Position numbers and translations under genes: made by a program. The notes beneath the pieces are model-generated. The model had not been told where the DNA came from and searched no databases. It saw only the letters and a list, made by a program, of their open reading frames with translations. A DNA stretch of 64,000 nucleotides from Phallusia mammillata (lineage: Eukaryota), in contig OZ281501.1 in the NCBI GenBank assembly GCA_965637545.1, forward strand, positions 7,502,001 to 7,566,000, in the 5' to 3' direction. This document shows positions 27,501 to 39,371 of this stretch, in pieces; the stretch's first letter is position 1, and each line of letters opens with the position of its first letter.

Positions 27501-30500
27501 GGAATAGCAGAATTCCGCCACGACTGTAAAAGCACGCTGTGAGATGGTAAACCGCGATTGGTTATCACTTGCACATTCTTAATGACTGACCAGGGCCTTA
27601 AATGCAAATACGAATACGGATTGAAACTGAAAATTTGCAAAAAAATGGAAAAGTTGGAATCTCAACCTTTGTGTCCTAAATTTAACCTTCCCCAATTGAT
27701 TTGTCAGATAGCAAGCAAGAAAATCGGCACCCAATAAGCCAATACACAAAGAAATGCAATTCGAATGCGATTGACTATGATTTCCGGCCTGATTATAACA
27801 AATTGAGATAAACCACCAATTTTCGCCATGATACACCAATTGTCTATTTTTTTGTAAAAAGCTTCTATTTTTTCTGTATAAAGCTTTAACATAGCCAGCT
27901 ATTTCTGGCTTAGCATAATAGTTCTACTGCAATTTTGTGCAGTGTTTATTTTTACAAGCCAATTGAACTCCACTAAGGTCAAGTTGGAAAGTGCACAGAA
28001 AAGCCGTCGCACTGTAACATTTGATTTTAAAAAAAACTAAGGTGAATATAAGTGGTTTACAAAGAGGTCGTAATAATTGAAACAAACATGTAATAACGCT
28101 GTTTTGGAGGGTAAATTTCAGTGTGTCCAACTATATACCCAACCAGACGATCATCACTGAGGCGCTTAAAAACGTTGGAGTTGCAATGGAAAAGCGAAGA
28201 AGCAAAAATGGATGTGTTTTCATGTTTATTATGAAATAAATACGTATTTACACCAGCAACAGCAGTAAAAATTGTGTGTGCACAAAATTTCAAATATGTT
28301 CTCTTTTACTTACACTAAAAATATTTTAGGATTTGTGATTAGTCAGAATATACCATTTAAGGACAAACAACTGGTCGGCAACAAACATACTCAAGAAAGC
28401 ATTTGTAGTCGTTTAAATCATCAGAAAGGATTTTCATTCGTTAGAGTCGTTTAAAGCATTAGCAAGTAGAAATACGAAGAACTTTCATAAAGTATAGTTT
28501 ACCCCACACCAGCTAATTTCCTGAAATGCGAACAAGAAGTATTCCTTTGTGGGCCTAATGGACTGAAAAGTATGCTAGACAACTTGGTAAACAAGATTGT
28601 TAGAAAAAGAAACTATACATTTTTAAATCATTTGAGGCGAAAAACTTCCGGTGAAGCAGCTAACATGATGGGTGGATAATTTTGAAGCTGAATTAAACTA
28701 CTTGTGAACAAATGTGACCTACAAAGTTTGAGGTTAACGGAACGTTGAACTTCCAAGAATTGTTTTACGATAATCTCATCAGGTAGAACGTCAAACCGAG
28801 CTATTTTCGGTTAAAAAACAAGCAACGAGTGAAATGCACTAGGGGTTGTCAAGATAACGATGTGATAAAGTCCCTGCTGTTAATGCAGTGGCCGGTGTCT
28901 TATGTTTGTGCACTAAGAATAACGGACAACGTAGTGTAAAGTATCAACTGAATATAGCCTTAAAACGTGACGACCAATGGTCAATTCAAAGGCTGTTTAT
29001 TTTCACAAAGACCGCAGTGGTCAATTGAACAACAAATAAAATATGATTACTTAACCCGACAACGCCCACATACTAAAGTAAACATACTGTGGCGGAAAAG
29101 ATTCATTAAAGAGACCATACGTGGCGATTATATGCTAAAAAAATCAACAATGATTATCTTATTTAAGTAGACGCTATTATTTTGTAATCAATACAACGAA
29201 ATGTCAAAATAAAGCCAATATTTCCGAGCTAAATCCATGACCTTAGTAATCTATAGGCACGCCTTAATTTTAAGAATGGCCAAAATTGGAAACTTTGCAC
29301 ACCACACTTTTATCAAATGAGGTAACCTTTAAAGTTCTACGTTTTGGTAACCAGGGTAATTCAGTAACATGAGATTGATCACAAGATACCAATACGCCTA
29401 CGCATTAGGTCTTAGCCAGAAGCCATGGCAAATTACTGCCGCATGGCTTCTGTGGTTGTTTTTTTACGGTGATTTTTTTGCTCTGGGTTATGACGTTCGA
29501 GAAATTCGTCATTGGCCGCATCACGTGATATTTGGGTTGATAACGCGAGGACGAGAAAAAGTTTTGCGATGGAAAATTTTCCACAAACTTGGAATGGTGC
29601 TAAAGGTGAAAATGGTGCAAACAAACTTGAGTTAACTTGAACAACAGGATTCGCCGTTTTGGATCTATAATTTATGCCTTTTTGGGTCTTTTGGATCTAT
29701 GAATACGACAAATCAATTAAATTAACCTCTAGTGATTGCTTCACAATCGATAAATAAAATCGACTTACGGCAACCTTCTGAGACGATGCAAACAAAAAAG
29801 AATGTGTTATTGTTATTGAAACTGTGTATTTGTTGTTTGAACTGAACGCTAAAAATGTTTTGGGCCTATATAAGTTTTACAACAAGTTAATAAATTGCTG
29901 ACGAGGCGTTTGCATGTGTATACAATACACATTTGGTGAATACAAACAATAAATTATCCTATATCACAAACAAGGTTTCTAAAATGCTAAGTGAACAAAA
30001 ATGTAGGCGAGTTACCCAACTTGAAATAGGGTCCACAAGGGAAGCCATACACAGGTCACGTGATAAATAGTTTGGTTTGCAGACCTTTGCGCCACTTAAT
30101 CAACAGTTTAATATCATAAAATAACAATGATAGTTGTATGTTAATACTTTAGTATGATAGTAAATGTAAGTGTTTGTTCGGTAAAAATTGTTTGTTTTCA
30201 AATTCTGGAATGCTCACACAGGGAAAACATCAACAATTTCTTGGAAACGAAAGTTGTTAGATATCTCGGCATCAAGGTGAAAAATCGTGAGCAGTTTCAC
30301 AGAGTCAAGCAATTTATATCGTAGGAGAATTTTCTACGGTTTTACCAACTCTTGACAGCTAGTTTAGAACACATAAAGTAAAAGCATCAACTAGTACAAA
30401 GAGAAAGGGATTTACTTGAAATCGTGAGCAGGTGTGTGGCCATTTATGGATTGAACAGTGACTTGCGATAACATTTTTTATCTTTTTATAAGATTTGCAC

Positions 30501-31652
30501 GTGCGCAGCTGAAAAGAAGATTTGTCAGGTGCTCTAAACGTTCCAACGGCTGCTGTTTGGAAAGGGACTTATTTCATATAACTAAGAATGGAAAATATTT
30601 TCCTGGTAACACGATCAGTGTATAAATTTACTGGGAATAAATATTTCGCGTAACTGGCATCTTTAGTTCCTAAAAAAAAAAACATAGAAACTTTAAAGAT
30701 ATATAAAAGTATTTCATAAAATTAGTCTTTCAGACATGAAATAGGGTACAAACAAATTTATGTAAAATATAGTGTTACCCCACTATCATGGAGCCAAGAT
30801 CTTTCTGTGGTCAGGTAAAACCAAGGTAGCATTACCGCAAATCAAAAACCTTTCCAACTACACATCTCACAAAGATGGTAAATGCGTAGAATGCAAACTA
30901 GAAGGCGAACCAAACAACTGCAGGCCATAGGCAGCTATGTCCAAATATAGCCACAATCACGGCAGCAACAAGTGTCAGCTAAAGCTTCCAGCCTAAACAC
31001 AAGGTGAAAGCGTGGAGAAAGATGTGGTTTAAGCTTGGTGTCCTTGTTTGTGTCAAAGTGCTGATAATCTGGAGCCGTTTGCCAGCACGACGCGACATTC
31101 GTGTTTGTGTACAAACAAGAGCTATGTATGGAATTCCCATCAGTACAAATCAGCGCATGATTGGGATCGGCCGGCCCGCGCATATGCCTGTTTGTTATAC
31201 CGCTGTGACCCCGAGATTTTGGTATTTAGTTTGACAGGAGATCAGGAGGAGAAAGGAAAATAGTGGGGAAAAGAGCGCGGAAGAGGAAAAATAAAAATTT
31301 CCATATTGATGCTTTTTTTCGGTCTTAAGCAAACTGTTATCCAATTAGCAAATTTATGCCTTAAAAGTAAGTATAAATAAGCAAAACTATTTACCATAGA
31401 ATTTGTTTTTGTAAGCAAACATGTCAGTAAACCTAACCTTTAAACCTGACAAAAGGTGAAATGACAAAAAAAATTATCTTTGGTTTAAAACATTGGACAA
31501 AATCAGCGTTGAAAAAAAAAAAAAAAATTTGTGATTGTTTGTGTGCTGCTACAATCCTCATTAACGGGAGACATAATACACCAGGAGGAAAAGATTGCAG
31601 ATTATAAAAGAGAAAAAGAGCAGAAGTAACATCAGAGTAAGGATCAGTAAAT

Positions 31653-31898
31653 GTGGTGGCTGACTTATGGCCCCAATTTTTATCGAGTCACATCGAAATG
31701 GAACATTTAGCACAAGGTTGCGGCTTGGTCGACCACATTGCCCATGGCACTAAGATTAATCTTTTAAAGGAATATTTTTATTTGCCACATGTCCAAAGGT
31801 ATGTGACTAAAATGCAAACCCAATGTACAATAACGACATGCTTGGTCTGGTGTGTTGAGATGGTCGGTTGCAATATAAACACTACAGCCGCCGTTTAA
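31653..31898 (+). mobile_element. Possible integrase HHCC zinc-binding domain relic
   Basis: DHIAHG..LLKEYFYLPHVQRYVTKMQTQCTITTC resembles the H-x3-H..FYWP..V..C-x2-C pattern of Gypsy/Ginger-type integrases. No catalytic core found. Confidence 0.3.
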
Positions 31899-32036
31899 AA
31901 ACTTACAACCAATCGCTTTTTGCTTTAAAATGAGAACCTAAACACCACGGTTTCAAATCCCATACAAGATTTTTTATCTTCGTTTATGCATTTTTATCTT
32001 CATGGGTCAAAAACGAAAGTAATCCAATCGGTAAGG

Positions 32037-32099
32037 TGTTCTCAAAATGGGTATTTTTTGGCAAAAACCTGTTCTCAAAATGGGTATTTTTGGCAAAAC
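32037..32099. repeat. Short tandem duplication, period 33
   Basis: tgttctcaaaatgggtattttt(t)ggcaaaa occurs twice. Confidence 0.85.
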
Positions 32100-33900
32100 A
32101 AAACCTAAAAATTTCAACCTATATAGCCACTTTGAAGTAAATTGAAATGTATTTCTCATAAAATTAAACAATAGTTTCATAAGATAACGGCAATCAACTT
32201 TGCGGTAAGTAGAGGCATAGATATGTTGACATTTGGACAAATAAAGCTATGAACTCCGGACAAGCTGGAAACTATGACCTGACTGACTTACGAGTGACAT
32301 GTAGCATCCTGTCAATGCATCAAGTGGGCTAATCTCGGCAAAGCCGCGAGAAGGGCGCCTGAACTTCCTGCAAGAGTGCAAAAATATACTTGGAATGAAG
32401 GATTGTAATTTTTGTAAATCGCCCCACCCCGAGAATTACAAGTGACTGGCATGTGCTAAGGAATGTGAAAGTGACTAAGTGACGCGTTAAGCCGGTATTA
32501 GCTACTGAAATCATGATGGATTCGCCTGTATCTATATGTGGGCAAATCATCACCTGTCGATCAAAGCAACCAGACGATATGCTGTTTGGTTTTTTCGTTT
32601 AAGCTAAGTCGAAAGGCACAAATAAGGATAAACTTCACATTTGAAGAAAACTCCTTTTCGGGGAAAACTGCCTTCTCAGCCTTGACGGATGGCTGCTTTA
32701 TTCTGTTGGTATTACAAGATCTTCGTGCTGATTTTGTCCCGATTAATCTAAACTAGATGAATGGCCAGAGACACTACGTCGCAAGAAGCTGTAATCGTTT
32801 ATATAGGATCCAAATTTGGATAAAATGGGAACCACACATAAACCATAGCAATGTGACAAATTATTTGACTGGCAAGTTTTGAGACATGCCCAGACTATAT
32901 GACTTCTAGCAGTTCGTGCATGAAGAGGAACTTTTACATTATCCGAAAGAGCTGTAGCATTAGCTTGAGTGAAAAACTACCAATGAAAGTTTAATATTTG
33001 TGTTGACTGCAAGCACTTAGTCTTAAAACCCACTTCAGTTTCAAAGCAACATATATAAAGTCCATTTGGATGTACCTGCAGGCTTTTCCTTAACCAGGAT
33101 TTGTAAAGGCGGTAAAATACTTTCCCAATTCCGACCAAAACAAATCCTACATGCTGCCCTTACACAATTTACTGCTATTGTTTACATAAATTTACAAAAA
33201 AGTCGCCAAATATAGTACTACTCCGACTCCATAATATGGTAAAAACGACTTCATTCGAAAAATGCGAAATCCACTTTAGCTCAACAACTCAAACGAAAAT
33301 TGAATAGAAAACTTTGAGGCGTGCCACAAAAACGTTGCAAGTACGTAGAAAATGTTGTTTGTCCTTCAAATGTGTTTCGCTGTCAATTGTATCACACCTC
33401 TGATAACATTTCATACGCTTTTAATATAAAAAAGAACAATACATTATACATTTCACAGTGGTCAAACTGAAAAGCACGTATAGAGGAATTAGCTGATTAG
33501 GTTGACAAGCAAAGCTACAGGAAGACATAATGGATTGTTTGGAAGATGTTTGGAAGATGTAAGAAAGCAAAAAAGTCTATTATTTAACCAGTTGGCCACA
33601 AAGACAAAAATGTACTACCACTCCAATACACCAATTAGTCTACTAGTATCGTAATAAACAGGAATAATTAGAAAGTCCATGAGATGAGATTATATTGTTG
33701 TTGAGCGTACTTGATAAGTGATGTTACTAAATTATTCATTTTTTGGATTCGTGACAACCATATGACATACAAATGCACCTTTTACTCAATCGTTCGCAAA
33801 TGGGTAAAAAATAAACAAAAATTGTCAAACACCTAAAAAAGTAGAGAATTAAGGGTTTGTTTTCAAGGAAGTACTATAACGGTCGGCCGAAATGTTCAGA

Positions 33901-33981
33901 GCGCCCGACCCACAACAGACGTAAAAACCTGATCGAGATTCGTCCTCGGGAGCGTCCTGGGTTAGAACCCCTTTAAAAAAA
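33901..33981 (+). repeat. Retroposon-like 3' end, copy 1
   Basis: gaccc..acagac..gattcgt..CGTCCTGGGTTAGAA followed by an A-rich tract; homologous to the inverted copy at 54555-54640. Confidence 0.45.
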
Positions 33982-36900
33982 TACTAAGATAAGAGGTACT
34001 AAGCAGAAAATACTAGAAAACAGTTTGTTTCTGCTTCCAAATACCAATTTTTTTACAGCAAAGCGCAAAAATATGCTGCAGAATTTGGTCATGCAAATTA
34101 ATGAATTAATTACTGCAAATTTGCATGCAATCAAAGCATGCTTTGTGTTAAATGTAGTTTTTGAGGAGGAAGACTAAGTTAGTTAGTAAGTTAGTGGCTA
34201 AGGGTTAGTGCGTGAAAACTATATGGAACAAAAATCGGCGCGAGAATTGAACGGGGTCGTGACTTTGGTTATGACGTCATTAGTTGAATGTGACGTCATT
34301 TCTTTCCGCTATTACCAGTCCCAGGGGCTGTAAAACAATAAATACACGTTTGCTGAACACATAACTGTTTGTTAGGTCATTGTGATGTCAAAATAATTGT
34401 GTTGTCAAATCCTAAATAGTTGCTCAGGAAGGTACAATAACTAAACAAAATATTTAATGAAGTATTGCAGCAAAAGGTTGAAAAACCCTGCAAAGCCTAA
34501 CTTTACAAATATTGTCATGAAGTGCATAATGCAGAATGTAGATCTCTCACGGTTAGGGACAGGTATGTTAATAGCGGTAGATTTTGAAACGATTTTCAAT
34601 CCTCTTTTACAAACGCAATCACAAGTTTTTTAAAGGTTGAATGGCGATAAAGTGAGCACGACGGGCCCCTTAAATATACTTTCCATTTGCATCAGGAAAA
34701 CACATGACACGAAAGAAGTCGTACATTGCGTAAGTTAATATGAAATCATTTTTGAGCAAAATGTGCTTGACGTCAATGCAAAAAGATTCTTGTCTGATTT
34801 CGAAAGACAAAGACACGATGATTAGAATGGACAAGCACGAACTACAAAAACCCTCTTTACCGATCTTTACACAGATTGAGATAGATAGTGACGCAATATG
34901 ATCGTCACCATGAGTCACTCTCGAAATTATAAGTATGACGTCACGTAAACTGAAGACAGAACAACTAAATCTTATTCAAAATATCCATAAATGCAGTAAA
35001 TTAACAAAACATCATTACTTCGGGTTATAAATGATAACAACTCAGCATGAAACCTAATTTACGATCGTTGATGGTGATGACAGATATAACGTTACATCTA
35101 CGTTGTGCTAAAAAGCGAGTGTTGGGAATGCATTTTTGCATATAGTATAGGTCGGACAATTTTGTGAAGAATGATAAGAAAACCAAAAACATTTCTTGGT
35201 AATAACGACGGTCCAAAGTCCAACAAGCTACCTGCGTGCTTGAAACTGAGTATTATTGTGTAATTAAAAAGTAGTTTTTTTCATGCATAAATTTTAAGGT
35301 TTACCGCGATACACGATTTGGTCACGAAGTTATATCCGTAAAACAAACCTTTCCAATCTTCTTATCACTAAAACAAAACATACTTACAACCAAACGCATC
35401 TTTAACTCGCCTAACCCACTATGGCTATGAGAAGAAAAAAGCATGCAGGTTATGTCAGTAATTTTTTATTTTGTCGAGATGCGGAAATTTAAGCTAAAAT
35501 TTGGCAAAACTTCTGGTTTATATTTCGACGATTATCCTATCGAATACCAGCTGGTGGTACTTGAGGAATGGGTTATTAATCGCCAGTGACGTATCTATGA
35601 CGTCAGAGTTGGGTATGCGATAATTGTGCGGTCGGAAGTCATGGTACAAGTGCCCAAGTCTGAAAACACCACGTGAAATGATGTAATGTTTAACCATTTT
35701 GCAATCATGAATAGCGCTCTACATGAGGGCTTGGTTATAATTTTGGTCAAATGTTGAACAAAGTTCTTAGTTTGTCATTTTTTTATTGTCGACGGTTTGG
35801 TCTAAAGTTTGGGTTAAGAAATCCAAGTTTAAACTTATTTGAATTTATATACCCTGCATTTGCACACCTAAGTATCTCAAAAAGTTTTTTAACAAGTTAA
35901 CCAAGAGCCCCTAAAAATGGCTATACTAAAGTTTTTTTAAAAAAAATCTGTATATTTTTTGTAAAACAATAAACTTTAGCAAATTTGTGGCCAAACTATC
36001 AAACAAACTTTATTCTTTAAAACTCCAATTATTTTTAAGTGACACAAATTCGGCTTATTTTACTCCACATACAACAAAATAAAATAAAAACATTTCTCAG
36101 AAAAAGGAATCATTACACATAGACGCCATCAATTACACATAGACGCCAAGAGAAAAACAAATCCATAAAATCACACATAAACAGTGGCCGTGGCCTTTTT
36201 TTACAAATTCGACCATGCGGCAGTTAACGGAAGTATAACATCACTGCTTACATGAAAAAAATGAGGACCGGGAGTCACGAAAAAGTTTTAGAAAACAGAT
36301 AACCCTTTATCGAGTTTCGAAAATCGTGCTGAAACCAAAAACAAGGGAGCCTTGAGCTTTTAAACCTACGTTGTAATCAAAACTGGGCTTGTAACAGGAC
36401 TCTTGTGAGAACCCTGCGATTGCGAGAAAGTCGTGCAGTTATTACTAGAAGACGCGGCACTGAAAACTGGCTGTGAATTTTGTTATTGTCAAGGGCGCGT
36501 CCGTCAAGGTCTATCACGACCTAGAAAGCTTACGTATTTGATACAAGAGTTTCGTATTGACCGTCACATGTAATTAAGTTCGAGTGGGGTCGTGCGCGGA
36601 CAGAGGAATCGAAGCAAGGGGATGGGTGATGGCCAAACCCAACCGGCAGTTTCAGCTAAATCGTCGCAATTTTTGCGGTAAAAATAACATTTCACCTCAT
36701 GGGGAAAGATTATCGGTGATGATATCGCTGTAATCGCCTCGTGACCGTGAAACAAGACGCACGACCACGACAAATAATAATGTACGGAATCGCTTCGGAA
36801 CATATGCCAAGGTGTGGCAAGCCTACAAGTTTTGACGTCATACAAGCGGAGGATGGCACCTGGCCTTTACACACGTGATGTAGTAACTTGTTCATGCAAA

Positions 36901-39371
36901 CGTCAATGCGTCAATATACAACAAAGGTCATGGCTTGAACCCAAAACGATGGGAAATTTTCGACCAAAGACTTGTGGGCGTAAACGCAAAAGTACAATAA
37001 ACGCGTGAAAAAAATTTCGGCAATTTTTCTTGGAAACTTTCAGCCGCAAATTAGATAAAGGTTAAATTCTCGTCAGTCGTAAATTTGTACACAATGAGTA
37101 ACTGTAATCCTGTTGCAAGTCGACTTTGATTAATATAGGGCGGTTCCAGAGCCACGATGTAGGGTAATTAGCCTTTTAATCGACAAACCCACTTCGATTT
37201 GGGCCACGACCCATGAAGTTACTCATCACCAGAAAATATCACACATTATGTTTCCCACGGCTCAACACAAACGACAATGGTGGTCTTTGAGAGCGTCAAG
37301 TAAGGAAAATTAAGCTTTAAAACTGTTTGAGTTGTAAAAATGCTACCCTTACTTTCTAGCACACGGGCTAAATTTGTTTAAAAGTTTAAAGACAAACAAC
37401 AAAACATTAGAACATATGTTTGTGATAACAAGTCATAGAAAATAAAATTTTGGCAGCATATTTCTACGTTTTTGGTAGCATTAATGGCTACTTTAAACCA
37501 TTTGTACAAAGTCACAACATTTTGTGTTCGACACCAATTTTTGGCCTGTCACAAAGTTTAGTTCTGACTATGTTACTGGTATATATGCACTGAAATTACG
37601 CATTAATGACAATGATTCTGAATCGTTCAATCAAGGCATGATTAGGTATTATACTTCACGATGATTTAATACGGTTTTCAATACAGACCTCGAATGTCGT
37701 AGGTCCAGGGGCGCCTCTTGTGGTCAAAATAACCTGCGGTGATGTCACTTATTAAAACGGGTTATAAGAAGCTAACAGGTGCAATGACCCTTCATTGACG
37801 TACATTAAGCCACAAGGTATACCACAAATATGCCTGTCGTGTCACAGATAACCGACAAATACACGAACTTAACGTTTCAGTGTTGATCATTGGTATTGTT
37901 GTCAAAATTCAACAGTTAAAGGAGACATTCCAATGTTTTAGATAGGCTAAGTAAAAAGGTCCAAATTTTTGTACCTTTTAAGTATAATACTATTTCGCAT
38001 TCGAACATTGGTGTTGGATACTGTTTTCTATGTCACAAAATAAACGAAACCTAAAAGACAATTTTAGCTTCTAATTTAAGACCAAAAGAGTAAAAAAGAA
38101 CAAATTCCACAGAAAGATATTTGCGGTAAGTACCACACAAAAATAGAATCAGTCCTCAGCAATTTACCTCATTATATGGATTCGAACCCGGGTAACATTG
38201 CCCACAAACGCTTCAAACAATTTGCGAAAATTACCTCTAACAGCACCAACAACAATAAACGCCACATAACGGCTAAAAATAACAAAGCCAAGCTTCCAGG
38301 TAAAACAAATAATGGTTAAGAGGCTTTTTAACAAAACAGATAACTAAAGGGTCGGATAATGTTATCCTTACTAACGTTGTACATTGGAGAAATTACGTCC
38401 GCAGCCTGTTTTTTCTGGAGTTATTTTTAGCGTTTACAGCGGCAGAGGTCGCGACCCGAGCGACAGGCGCATAATTGGATGATACTAAGTGACGTCATAA
38501 TGCTCCATAGTGGCGAGATAATGGTGGAGATTCGGTGAGCCGCGGTACGTAATTAGGGGGGTTCCCCTTTCGTGGGCTTAAGGAGATTTAAATTTCTTGG
38601 AAAAGAACTTGACACGGCGACAAGGTCAAGGAGAAACGACCCCCGGAAGCGACTAAACACTTGTGTTATGATTGGACACAATGTTCTCTGTAGTATGCAA
38701 ATGATACAAAATTTAACAACATTTCAGACGGCACCAGCAAGAACAATACATAAATTGTCAAATAAAAATTACATTAGACTTAAATTAGACAGATAAACAC
38801 AATTTACATAACGATTGTTTCAACAACGGTGTTCTAAATCGCTGTGATTTAAACTCCGGCAGTGATAATTATACTGTACTTAAACAGAATATGAGCTAGT
38901 TGAGTATGCCTAATACATACATAAGATAATGAAAGAACGTGACAAAAACAGCTCAGTGTTTCGGCATTGTGTAAAAAGAGTCATTGTTTAACATGGAATT
39001 ATTTTCCTCATGTTTAAAGTAGCCTTACAGCTGCAGATCAACCAGTAAGGCTATTGACCCCATCATTTTTCACCTTATTGGTGTACCTTATAGATTAAAT
39101 TATTTTTTCTTTAACAGTGCCAAACAAATAAACCCTAAAATGTTAGAAAAACACCCTAATTTTCTAACTGCATGTGGAAAGCCTCGAATTTCATTGAGAA
39201 ATGGAAAACAAGCCATTATCATAACAATTTAGGGGTAGGTTGTTTGATTGATTTGCAAATACAACAAATTGGTTGTAACAATAAGCCAAAGCATAGACGA
39301 TTTAAAATCAAGGTCTTTGAAACCAATAGCACACATTCAAAATTCTAATCCTGCTTTGAGTAAATAAATGA

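Noticed and set aside
38178-38188. tRNA B-box GGTTCGAATCC on the minus strand
   Set aside because: No A-box or cloverleaf; at most a SINE relic.
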